Shown one piece after another: positions 8,089 to 17,685 of a stretch of DNA of 64,000 nucleotides. Each line of letters starts with the position of its first letter. Position 1 is the stretch's first letter. Source of the stretch: an uncultured virus (IMG/VR IMGVR_UViG_3300008110_000249) (Duplodnaviria; Heunggongvirae; Uroviricota; Caudoviricetes); the IMG/VR virus record IMGVR_UViG_3300008110_000249; one strand, written 5' to 3'. Under the pieces are notes generated by a model, which saw only the letters and a list, made by a program, of their open reading frames with translations, was not told the DNA's origin and searched no databases. The translations under genes and the position numbers were made by a program.

Positions 8089-9805
8089 TTAGGCTGGTGC
8101 ACTAGGACCAGCTGGCGGTAAAGTAGAAGGTTCTGATTGTACCGGACCAGTTGTTTCTGTTTCGTTGGGTGTTTCTTCGGATGTTTCAGGTTGATTCATT
8201 TCTTCACCTGTTTGCTCGTCAGATTCTATATCACCTACACTTACCCCAACATTACGTAAATCTTGACCTGCGGGAGCAACATCATCAGTTTTATTATTTT
8301 CTTCTCTCCATAATTGCTCATTTTTAGATATTTCTTCCTCAGACAAACCTAAGAATCTTTCTAAACAAAATCTTTTACTCATATAAGGTAGTTGTTCAAT
8401 AGAAGAAAAGGTATTAACTCTAGCAGTATCTAACTCGCTTTGTCTATATGCTGCAAAATTTTGTGGTGGATTAAATTTTATGTTAAACAACCCACTATCG
8501 ATATTAAATCCTCTCCAACGTAAGAACAATTTAAATTCTTCATCTAACTTCATTGCAATATAATTTTGCAATCTTTCACAATATTGGTTGAATCTAAATT
8601 CTTGTATCATTGCTGTTCCTACCCTACCGTCACTAAGTGGAGTAGTATTATCATCTGGGCCGGTGGGTAGGTACGAACTAGGCACTCTTAATCCCCTTGC
8701 TAATCTGTTGTTAAAATATCTCAAATCATCAATTTCACCTAAGTTTTGTCCTCCAGGTAAAACTTCTACACTTGATCCCCTTCCATCAGCAGTCACGTCC
8801 ACCATATACACTAGGAATTCGTCGTTGATGTATTTCATTTTTTATTCTTTCTACAAATGCCATAGCCATATGACTAGGCATGTTACCAACATCAATTTTA
8901 AACATCCTACGTTCAGGTGCGCGTTGTACCCTGTATATTAGTACCGCATCTTCAAGTAGTTCTTTTTGTTTATATACTTTAAAAACGTTTTCTAATATAG
9001 ATTGACCAAACGGCCAAAACCTATCTAATCCTTCAGTTAAACTCAAATGTACCACATGTTTTGCATCTACTGCGCTTTCACTCTGACCTAAAGTAAATCT
9101 ACTACCTGTAGTATTGTACGGCATCGCAGGAACTGTATAAGGAGTGTTAGTGCCACCACCGGTTCCTCCTAACCCAGTAGCCGGATTAGCAGCAAAATCA
9201 GTATTTGTTTTCTGTGCTACTGATAAATTTTGAAGATTTATATTTAAATCTTTTAACACATATTGTTCGGGATTTTTACCTTCACTTTCATTTACAATAA
9301 CTTTGATAACTTTAACCATATCTACCCAATATAGTTTAAAATTTTCCGGATCTCTTACAAAAACCTGATCACCATATTTAATTACATTTCGAAAAATTTT
9401 AAATATACGGACATCAAATTCATTGATTTTACACCATTGCTGCAATTGAGTTTTTAGTAATTCTACTTCATGGGGAGTAGGCTCGTCTTTGAATTCTAGC
9501 ATAAATGGCGTTTTATTTTGGTCATTACGCATAGTACTGAATTCTGAAATTATATCTAAACATGCATTTATTTCAGCATCTACATCCATCATTTCATATT
9601 GATTGTATCTTTCTATACGATTAGGATGCCCTGTATAAACTTCGGGTAATCGACTCATATAGTTTCGATATCCCCAATCAAAATTATTCATCCCAGCATT
9701 TGATGAATTTGATTGAGTATTATTCCATGCACCATTATTGCTATTAGCACCTGAAATGGGACTAGATACACCACTTTTATTTAAAAAACGTTTTTTATAT
9801 GTCAT
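8089..9805 (-). CDS. gp20: Portal protein (T4 gp20 family), broken by a frameshifting apparent deletion at ~8797
   Basis: The 5' part has QKELLEDAVLIYRVQRAPERRMFKIDVGNMP. The 3' part has GRGSSVEVLPGGQNLGEIDDLRYFNNRLARGLRVPSSYL. The frames differ by one base at 8797 and the EDY(F/W) motif is absent. Confidence 0.92.
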
Positions 9806-9835
9806 GAGTTTATACTAAGGTTATATACTATTTAA

Positions 9836-12800
9836 TCAAATTTTAGTATATTGCAATATACTAGATTGAGTATCGTTGCCAATTGAAAGTTTATCAATCA
9901 TGGTATCTAGTTTACTCAACATCATTCCATTAAATGATTCATTCATCCTATAGATTTCTCGAAGTGCAGTATTCATGTCTGTGCTAGTACTATCATTTGA
10001 AATTTTAGAAGATTGATCAAACCCAGCAGATGCTGTTGTATTTGAAAGCAATTCCAATAATGATCCGGCTTTTAAAGGAGATATAATTTCTCTGCCATGA
10101 GCAGTCAAATCAACAGGATAACCAGAATTAGGTCCTTCTATAACAGAACCAAAGGCAGCTTTAACTGATAACGGAGGCTTTGTCGAAGATGCTGTAGTAG
10201 AGACTTTTGGGTCTTGCGTTGCTGTATTGTCTAACCCAGAAACCACTGATCTTAACTTGTTACCATATCTTGGATCTGTTGCATATCCGGTTTTACTTTG
10301 AGCAGTAATTGCATCGTCAATTGTTTTTGCTGCCAAAACATCTTTATATCTGCTATTTTCTTTTAAAAATCTAACATAATCAGCCGCAGATTCTGACATA
10401 TTAGCATAGCTTCTAAATGCTGATTTAATAGTGACATAAGAGTTAGTTTTTGGATCCCATTCCTTAGTAGATTGTGTATTACTAGTATCGCCTGGCCGAG
10501 CCTTAATTCCAAAATAATTATTGCCGCCGGCGAGATATTTGCCCCAGCCTGTTTCTATTGCAGATTGTGCTACTCCTAATTTTGCTATAGCTTCCGGATT
10601 TTGAACCCCTTGTTTTTTTGCCTCCTTAATCAAGTTAGCATACATTTCATCTGCAAATTGCTTACCGGTTACTGTGGGTTTTATAGGTTGTATTGCTGCT
10701 GATATATCGGCTGCACTAGGACCACTGCCACCACTAATTGCTCCTGTAGATTTGACGCTTCCAAAAGATCCTAAACCAATTCTTTTAAGAATCTCTTCTT
10801 TTAGATTAGATTTTTCTTCATCAGTACCTCCTTGCTCACTAAATGTGTCAAGAAACAACTTGTCATTAAATAATTGAGTCAACTCCTCTAATGCTTTTAT
10901 GTTTAACAACATTGTTTCATTTAATGCTGTGGTCTGTTTATTAGAATCTTTTCTAAGTGTTATATCTTCAGCTTTTGCTAGTTTTTTAATATCGGGCTCT
11001 GGTTGCTTGGCAACACCTTCACCTATCTTTTCACCCAGTAATTTGCCACCTTGACTTCCTAGCCAGCCGCCTATTATACCTCCTATTATTGTCCCGAATA
11101 CAGGAACAACAGATCCAATTGCTGCGCCTGCGGCCGCGCCAGCAGCAGCACCTGCCGCACCACCTACTGCTCCGCCTTTTTGTTTAGTGCCTTCGGCTTC
11201 TGTTATATCACCGCTTTTGACTTGTTTACTAATATCGCTCAAGTCACTGGCCAACATCACTCCGCCTATTACAGCGCCGGCAACACCTGCACCTCCTGCT
11301 ATTTTTCCTATAGGTAGTTTTCCACCTGCACTAGGAGTAGTATCAGTTATCTTTTGCAATAATTTAGATCCTGCCATAGCAGTAAGGTAACCGGTTACAC
11401 CTACTACCGCTGCCCCAAATGCAGTTAATGCTATAGTTTGGGCATCAAATCCACCGGTTAATATGTTGGCTTTTCCTATAAGTCCATCTAATGCAGTTGT
11501 AGCTTGAATTTCTAGCGTGGTTAATTTTGCTCTAGCATCTTGCGCGGGATCGGTACCGGATTTTTGAGCACCTTTTATCTTGTCTTTTTCTACACCTAAT
11601 TGTTTTGCGTATGTTTTGTCGAGATCAGTTACATATCTAGTTAAGGTTTCTTTGTTTATACCGAATGCCTCAGCGACTTCTTCACTTAGACTAGCAGCAA
11701 ACCCTACCTCATTAACCATTTTACCAAATTTTTGATTAAATGAGTCCTGTAGTGCGCCGGCCGCTTGTTGCGAATTGCCCCCTTTTTTAATTGTTGACAC
11801 AAACTTAGACAATTCATCAGAGAGGCCCAATCTAGCAACTGCTTGTGCATTTTTACCGGTTATTGTTCCGGTAGTCATCATTTCTCTTGCAGCCTCCGAT
11901 AATACTTTATTGTTCAATCCTGCTAATTGCGTCATACCTTCACGCATATTTTTTGCTTGATCAAAGTATTTTTGGGCTTCTTTTTCTCTTCCTGATTGTT
12001 CTAATTCCCTAGCTTTATTAATTAATTGTACTTGTTTTACTTGAAAATTTACTTGATTTAATTGTTCTTGTTGTGCTTGTTTAACTTTTTCAACATCTTG
12101 TCCAGTAACAGATGCCAATACTAATAAATTTTCAGTGTATTCTAACGATGCTTTTTGTAATGCATTTCTATCAGTCATCTCTCTTTTTAAACTACCACCC
12201 GACATTGCCTGCAATTTCAAATAGTCGGCTTGATTCTGCACTAATTGTTCTTGACTTACACCTAAGCGTTGAAATTGCTCTCGCTGCTGAGTAGATATTG
12301 TTGTTAGACTAGCAAATGCTTTTACACCTTCACCGGTATTAGTGCTTAAATTAACTAACGTGGGGCCTAAACTTTTTAATGGCTTTATCAAAACGTCCAT
12401 ATTCTTAGACGTAATTCCTGCTGCATTAGCCATTTCTCTTAATTGGTTTATAGTAAAACTACCAGCAGTACCCAGTTGCGCTAATTGATCATTTGCTTTA
12501 TGTAAATTATCTGCTTGTTCTGCATATAATTTTATTACAGTAGTACCACCTTTTACTACATGTCCTAATATATCGCCGGTCTTACCAAAATTCTTAAGGA
12601 CACTAGCTGATGCATCACCAAAAGCACCTAGGCTTGAATTGTATTTTTCAAAAGAACCTTTAGTACCTGAAATTAATGATTCGAACGCTTTAGATATTCC
12701 TGATATTGAACTTTCTAATGCTGCATGATAATTTCTAAATACCTGTTGATATTCTTTTACTGCTTTGGCATGTGCCTCTTCAGCACGGGTACGTTCATTA

Positions 12801-12985
12801 ACTACCCTAGTACTCTCTTGGTTGGCTGAACTGTTTTGTCTCAAGCTTTCTGTATTCTGCAATCTTTCACGTTGTTCGTCTGTAAGTGCAGCCCTACGAA
12901 CCATGGTATTTTGGTTAATACTATCACTTAAGAAAGACATTGCTTCCTTAAGTTCATTTAACACTTGCTGAGAATTTTCATCCAT
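9836..12985 (-). CDS. Tape-measure-like tail protein with a C-terminal GH73 (FlgJ-type) peptidoglycan hydrolase domain
   Basis: Helical A/Q/K-rich body, hydrophobic glycine-zipper segments, and AQSAIETGWG..NNYFGIKA..GYATDPRY. Likely start MDENSQQ at 12985. Confidence 0.8.
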   Translation of the reverse strand: MDENSQQVLNELKEAMSFLSDSINQNTMVRRAALTDEQRERLQNTESLRQNSSANQESTRVVNERTRAEEAHAKAVKEYQQVFRNYHAALESSISGISKAFESLISGTKGSFEKYNSSLGAFGDASASVLKNFGKTGDILGHVVKGGTTVIKLYAEQADNLHKANDQLAQLGTAGSFTINQLREMANAAGITSKNMDVLIKPLKSLGPTLVNLSTNTGEGVKAFASLTTISTQQREQFQRLGVSQEQLVQNQADYLKLQAMSGGSLKREMTDRNALQKASLEYTENLLVLASVTGQDVEKVKQAQQEQLNQVNFQVKQVQLINKARELEQSGREKEAQKYFDQAKNMREGMTQLAGLNNKVLSEAAREMMTTGTITGKNAQAVARLGLSDELSKFVSTIKKGGNSQQAAGALQDSFNQKFGKMVNEVGFAASLSEEVAEAFGINKETLTRYVTDLDKTYAKQLGVEKDKIKGAQKSGTDPAQDARAKLTTLEIQATTALDGLIGKANILTGGFDAQTIALTAFGAAVVGVTGYLTAMAGSKLLQKITDTTPSAGGKLPIGKIAGGAGVAGAVIGGVMLASDLSDISKQVKSGDITEAEGTKQKGGAVGGAAGAAAGAAAGAAIGSVVPVFGTIIGGIIGGWLGSQGGKLLGEKIGEGVAKQPEPDIKKLAKAEDITLRKDSNKQTTALNETMLLNIKALEELTQLFNDKLFLDTFSEQGGTDEEKSNLKEEILKRIGLGSFGSVKSTGAISGGSGPSAADISAAIQPIKPTVTGKQFADEMYANLIKEAKKQGVQNPEAIAKLGVAQSAIETGWGKYLAGGNNYFGIKARPGDTSNTQSTKEWDPKTNSYVTIKSAFRSYANMSESAADYVRFLKENSRYKDVLAAKTIDDAITAQSKTGYATDPRYGNKLRSVVSGLDNTATQDPKVSTTASSTKPPLSVKAAFGSVIEGPNSGYPVDLTAHGREIISPLKAGSLLELLSNTTASAGFDQSSKISNDSTSTDMNTALREIYRMNESFNGMMLSKLDTMIDKLSIGNDTQSSILQYTKI

Positions 12986-12999
12986 ATTTTTTTCACTAA

Positions 13000-13016
13000 T
13001 AAATATAATGTATTTA
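13000..13016. promoter_or_regulatory. Overlapping opposite-strand late promoters for the gp26-like (+) and tape-measure (-) genes
   Basis: TAAATA at 13000-13005 (+) and 13011-13016 (-). Confidence 0.6.
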
Positions 13017-13054
13017 TTATTGGGCAAATACCCATTATCTATAAAGGAATTTAA

Positions 13055-13885
13055 ATGGCATTAGAAAACAATCCACTAAAGCAATATTTTCGTAGACCAG
13101 CAGTATATGTCAGGCTACCTAGCCAAGGAAAATATTACAGTCCTGCTGTATTAGACATGCCGGAAAATCAAGAGTTGCCTATATTTCCAATGACTGCAAT
13201 AGACGAAATTACTACTAAAACACCTGATGCGTTGTTTAATGGTAGTGCAATGGTTGAATTAATTAAAAGTTGTGTACCTAATATAAAAGAACCTTGGTCT
13301 ATAAACAGTATGGACGTTGATGCAATATTGATAGGTATCAGAGCAGCATCAAACGGTGCTGAAATGGAAATAGAATCATCATGTCCAGCTTGTGATACTA
13401 TAGGTAAATATGGGTTAAATTTAGTAGCCATGCTAGCACAAATGAAACCTGGAAACTATGATGAGAGTTTTGAGATTACTGATTTAAAAATAAAATTTCG
13501 CCCATTAACATACCGTGAAATGAATGAGGCTAGCATAGGACAGTTGGAAATTCAGCGCATGTTTATGATGCTAGAGCAAGAACCCAACGAAGAACTACGT
13601 ACTGAAAAAAGCAAAGATACCCTAAAAAAAGTTACTGAACTAACCATGAGGCTCTTAACCGGAGCAATTGAATATATCGAAACGCCCAATGCTAGAGTCG
13701 ATGATAAAACTTTTATTGCTGACTTTTTAAGAAATTGTGATAAAAATTTATTCGTAAGCATACGAGACCATAATGCAGATTTACGATCACAAACTGAAAT
13801 TAAACCATTTAAAATCAAATGTGTAAATTGCACTCATGAATATGATCAACCTTTTACATTGAACTCATCTGATTTTTTCGAATAA
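13055..13885 (+). CDS. Baseplate hub assembly protein (gp26-like)
   Basis: NPLKQYFRRP..LPSQGKYY, PMTAIDEI, and two CxxC pairs; lies next to the tape-measure gene. Confidence 0.75.
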   Translation: MALENNPLKQYFRRPAVYVRLPSQGKYYSPAVLDMPENQELPIFPMTAIDEITTKTPDALFNGSAMVELIKSCVPNIKEPWSINSMDVDAILIGIRAASNGAEMEIESSCPACDTIGKYGLNLVAMLAQMKPGNYDESFEITDLKIKFRPLTYREMNEASIGQLEIQRMFMMLEQEPNEELRTEKSKDTLKKVTELTMRLLTGAIEYIETPNARVDDKTFIADFLRNCDKNLFVSIRDHNADLRSQTEIKPFKIKCVNCTHEYDQPFTLNSSDFFE

Positions 13886-14109
13886 TGCTTCTAAAACTAG
13901 ACCCCGATAGTTTCCAGAAGCTGCTTGACGACTACGAAAAAATAGTAATAGATATTAAAAAAAGTGCCATGACAATGGCATGGTATATGAGGGGTGGTGC
14001 GACATATGAAGATATTTTAAATATGTCCACTACCGAACGCGAGGCGTTAAAAGAACTCATCGATAATAATTTAGAAACAACAAAAAAATCTGGACTCCCG
14101 TTCTTCTAA
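13885..14109 (+). CDS. Small baseplate hub assembly/chaperone protein (gp51-like position)
   Basis: TAATG-coupled to the upstream gene; motif WYMRGG.TYEDILNMS..ER. Confidence 0.6.
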   Translation: MLLKLDPDSFQKLLDDYEKIVIDIKKSAMTMAWYMRGGATYEDILNMSTTEREALKELIDNNLETTKKSGLPFF

Positions 14110-14612
14110 AGATAAAAATAATATCCGTAGTTATTCATATACTAAGATTTATTTTTAATATTATCTTTACAAGATGTCCTTACGGACATCTACGAACTAT
14201 ACTCACTTCGTTCGTATAAGATTCGTTATTCTAAAAGATTCTTTTTGTCATGTATCATACGGCTAATATTTGCCGCTTTAGAGTCCATGGTAGTGCTATT
14301 CAGCACTACCTTTGGTAATTTGCCATGCTTCATCACCCTAGCCGCTTGTACCCGTAATATCATCCTATTTTTGATATATTACGCTACCGGTTGCCCTATA
14401 AAGTTTATGGTCTGTAGTGAAGATAATGTTTTTATATAACACCTCTTCGGCAACGCACATCCTATAACATCAAAGCAGAGTAGTTATAGGCTTGTTGAGT
14501 GTTCGCTTTGTCGATTGCACTCTCGGTATTCCAAGGATACTAATCCTTGCTACTCCAGATCCGTCGGCGATATTTCACGCTTCCTCAAGGAGGGTCGAGC
14601 AACCCCGACCAA
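14107..14612 (-). ncRNA. Candidate large structured non-coding RNA of unknown family
   Basis: The only long intergenic region in the window. It holds at least 10 helices, some nested into multi-way junctions. Plus-strand A-C mismatches become G-U pairs on the minus strand, and there is a GUAA (GNRA) tetraloop on the minus strand. Confidence 0.7.
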
Positions 14613-14618
14613 ACAAAT

Positions 14619-15191
14619 TTAAAGACTTAAAATGTTTTTGATTTCTAAATTTTGAATAGGCGACGGGGTGTCTGCTTTGTTTTTAATAGAAGAATATGTT
14701 TTAAAAATATCTTTGTTATATTTCCAAAAGTGATCAAATTCTATTATTAGCCAATCATTATGTTTTTCTGATGTATAATATAAAAATTGATCAGTGATCC
14801 AAGTTAATTTTGATTCTACGCAGATGAATTTACCTTTTCTATTAAATTTCATGAAAAGAACATTTAGATCCATTGGCTCTGAAACAGCCATAACTTGATC
14901 TATCCATCCGTCTAATACTTTACAATTGCCTGCTAGTACTAAATGAAATGGAAAATCTGCATAACTCTTGCATTCAATATTAAGTCTTGAAAAACTTTGA
15001 CCGGGTACAATATCACCCTTAAAACTACGTATTTGACCTTCATGTAAAAAGTCTTTACGTTGTTGATTTTTGCCCCCAACATATGCACCAGATCCCGGTG
15101 CACGGATAAATGATTCACCGTATGTTTTGGTGAGAAATTGAGCGATTTCTCGCTCAAAACTTGATCCTTTTTGTTTCTGTGGGCTAGTCAT
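14619..15191 (-). CDS. Holliday junction resolvase-like PD-(D/E)xK nuclease (Hjc type)
   Basis: KGSSFEREIA...GD...IECK motif. Confidence 0.8.
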   Translation of the reverse strand: MTSPQKQKGSSFEREIAQFLTKTYGESFIRAPGSGAYVGGKNQQRKDFLHEGQIRSFKGDIVPGQSFSRLNIECKSYADFPFHLVLAGNCKVLDGWIDQVMAVSEPMDLNVLFMKFNRKGKFICVESKLTWITDQFLYYTSEKHNDWLIIEFDHFWKYNKDIFKTYSSIKNKADTPSPIQNLEIKNILSL

Positions 15192-15226
15192 ACAATTACT
15201 TATCTTTATCGTGGTGCTCTGTAAAT

Positions 15227-16981
15227 TTATCCTATCTCAGTGCTAGATTCATAAGTCGAGAATCCATTTTCTTTGATAACTTTTAGTACACTATTTACTC
15301 GCATGGCTAGTTCATCTTTGTGACTAACTAACCAAATTGATTTTTGTCTACGCCGGGTCATGTCTTTCAAGATGCTTATTGAATTTTCCATTCCTACTGC
15401 ATCAGTGCCGTTATCAAGCAATTCATCAATAAATAAAACATTAATAGGGCTATATAAATTCTCCCATACATCCCTAAAAGCCCATGACAATGATAGAATT
15501 AACCGATTCATTTCACCTCTAGAAAGATTATAGAAATCCATTTCTCTTCCTAGTTCTGTAATTTGAACCTGTAAATCGTTTTGAAAAACCACCTGATGTG
15601 GTAAACCTATTTTGTCTAAATAATAAGTTAGTCTAGCATTTAAATAACTTAAATTCTGATCAATAATTTTCTTGCGAACAAAACTGTCTTTACTAGTCAA
15701 CAGGTCTAGCAAGAATTTTTGATGCTCCATAGTCTTTGTTATTCTATTAATAGAGTCAAAACTAATTTCTTGCAGAGCTTGGCTCTCCATTTCATGAATC
15801 TGCTCATCATATGGGTCACAATCATTAGTTTTTGATTCTATTTGTTTTATTAAATTTTCTAATTCTGAACTATGCTTGATTGCTTCGACTTCAGTATCAT
15901 AATGAGTAATTGGTTTTTCAGAAACGAGGATAGGATTGTCGGCTAATTCATTTAACTGATGGCTCAACTCTTTTAAGATAGTCTCACTTTCAGTGAGTAA
16001 ATTAAACTTACTATTAAGAACTGATGTATGTTGGTCATCATGAAATTCTTGACCACAAGCATAACATTTGTGGTCATTTAATGTTTTTACTTCAGTTTCT
16101 AATTTAGTTTTATTTTTGTTTTCTTTGGTAATTTCTTTTCGTAAACTGTCGATTTTACTAATATATGCATTTTTTAATTGCACTTGCTGATTATAAATTG
16201 ACAAGTTTTTGTGTGCCTGTACTTCTTTTTCTATGTCTACTTTACTTAACCTGTCATATTGTAATGCAAGTTTTTCTAAATCTTCTTGATGTTTAGTTTG
16301 CCAAAGTTTTTGTCTGCGTTTTAGGCTTTCAATCTGTTCTTTAACTCTCTTGTTTGCCTCTTCTACTGCTTTAATACGAAATTCTTCTCGTTGAATATCA
16401 TCTTTACTTTGACGCAATAAATCTTTTACTACTTCTGCCTTTTCAGAAAGTAAAGTAATACCTAATAATTGTTCGATTATGTCTCTTTGTTCGTTAGATT
16501 TAAGTGCTAAGAACGGTTCACTGTATGTATTTAATGCAATGATATGTTTGAACATGTCGGGTGTCATATTAAGAACACGCTGGATATTAGCCTGTGTTTC
16601 TTTGTTTTCACCTTGGGCATCATCAATATTTTTTTGTAACGTGTCGTTCACATAGAATTTCAATACATTAGGTTTTCTGCCGCGTTCAATTTTGTAATCA
16701 ATACCGTTGACATTAAATTCTAGTGTTACTAGCATTCCCTTGGTATTAGTTCTATTAACTAAATTATCTTTTCTAATATTGTTAATAGGTTGTCCAAATA
16801 AGGCATAAGATAATGCTTGAACCATAGTTGTTTTGCCAACCCCGTTTCTAGCACCATCCCCACCTAAATCTAGGTTTTCTCCTAAGATTAAGGTTAGTTC
16901 ACCTTTGTCAATTTGTATGGCTTGGGTCACGTTCCCTACACTGAGGAAATTACGCATTGTTAAATTTTTAAGATTTATCAT
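15227..16981 (-). CDS. gp46: Rad50/SbcC-like recombination ATPase (T4 gp46)
   Basis: Walker A GARNGVGKTT, Zn-hook CYAC, signature LSRGE and Walker B LFIDE. Confidence 0.95.
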   Translation of the reverse strand: MINLKNLTMRNFLSVGNVTQAIQIDKGELTLILGENLDLGGDGARNGVGKTTMVQALSYALFGQPINNIRKDNLVNRTNTKGMLVTLEFNVNGIDYKIERGRKPNVLKFYVNDTLQKNIDDAQGENKETQANIQRVLNMTPDMFKHIIALNTYSEPFLALKSNEQRDIIEQLLGITLLSEKAEVVKDLLRQSKDDIQREEFRIKAVEEANKRVKEQIESLKRRQKLWQTKHQEDLEKLALQYDRLSKVDIEKEVQAHKNLSIYNQQVQLKNAYISKIDSLRKEITKENKNKTKLETEVKTLNDHKCYACGQEFHDDQHTSVLNSKFNLLTESETILKELSHQLNELADNPILVSEKPITHYDTEVEAIKHSSELENLIKQIESKTNDCDPYDEQIHEMESQALQEISFDSINRITKTMEHQKFLLDLLTSKDSFVRKKIIDQNLSYLNARLTYYLDKIGLPHQVVFQNDLQVQITELGREMDFYNLSRGEMNRLILSLSWAFRDVWENLYSPINVLFIDELLDNGTDAVGMENSISILKDMTRRRQKSIWLVSHKDELAMRVNSVLKVIKENGFSTYESSTEIG

Positions 16982-17675
16982 ATATTGCTTTTAGTTCATG
17001 ATCCCACTTATACACATCTTCTATGTTGTTAAACATGGCTTTTTTGTAGTTGATCGGCAGTTGATCCGTGTAACCTAATATTTTCTTGTTTAATTGCATC
17101 GATGGTATATTTATATTTTCTTTCATCATTTGTTCATACGATATCGTGTAGTGTTCGTAATTTTTTGACTCGATATATGTTCTCCAAAGATACTCATTTT
17201 CCTTTTTTATTTTTAAAAAATTTATATATGAATTTTTGTTTAGTGTTATTTTTTGTTTTATAAATTCTTGAAATAATATATTTTTATTAGGATCTTCATT
17301 GAATGTTAAGTTTCTAAATGGAGTTTTTAGTGCAGATACACTTAGAAATTGCTCAACTCTGTTTTCTCTTATACATCTAATTACTATTGGATTTTTATAT
17401 CTATGTATTATTTGTAAAATATTAAAACAATGTGTATTGTAAAGATATTCATTATCATCGATTTTAGGATGAAACAATTCTAGATTGAATTGTGGAATAT
17501 CTTTATTGTTATTTTTGTTATTCCCAAGATAAGATTGAAGTAAAAATCTATTTTCGGAATCATATTCTAGAAAATAGTATTTTCTATTAACATGTATAGT
17601 TAAGAATGACGCTAATTGCGAACTACCAGATCTAGGCTCTCTAACTAACCAAATTGTTCTATTTTTTATGTCCAT
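16968..17675 (-). CDS. Sulfotransferase-like protein (Stf0-type, P-loop fold)
   Basis: 5'-PSB-like EPRSGS, RENRVEQFLS (3'-PB-like) and ISYEQM. Confidence 0.65.
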   Translation of the reverse strand: MDIKNRTIWLVREPRSGSSQLASFLTIHVNRKYYFLEYDSENRFLLQSYLGNNKNNNKDIPQFNLELFHPKIDDNEYLYNTHCFNILQIIHRYKNPIVIRCIRENRVEQFLSVSALKTPFRNLTFNEDPNKNILFQEFIKQKITLNKNSYINFLKIKKENEYLWRTYIESKNYEHYTISYEQMMKENINIPSMQLNKKILGYTDQLPINYKKAMFNNIEDVYKWDHELKAIYDKS

Positions 17676-17685
17676 GTGTAATTTA

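Noticed and set aside
8786..8838. Programmed +1 frameshift or a genuine two-gene portal
   Set aside because: There is no slippery site, and a conserved motif is missing, which frameshifting would not restore. The MKYINDEF start is out-of-frame portal sequence.
6259..13027. Track start positions 7146, 7122 and 13027 (also 3129, 21258 and 57508)
   Set aside because: Downstream ATGs (7077, 7197, 12985, 3087, 21264, 57514) fit RBS, late-promoter position or stop-start coupling better.
14245..14439. 64-aa ORF inside the structured region
   Set aside because: Non-ATG start, no RBS and atypical composition; the region is better explained by RNA structure.
14107..14612. Identification of the structured region as RNase P RNA, tmRNA, tRNA or a group I/II intron
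   Set aside because: GAGGAA is present but not GAGGAAAGUCC or a matching P4 partner. There are no tRNA-like ends or T-loop, no recognisable intron core, and no interrupted host gene.
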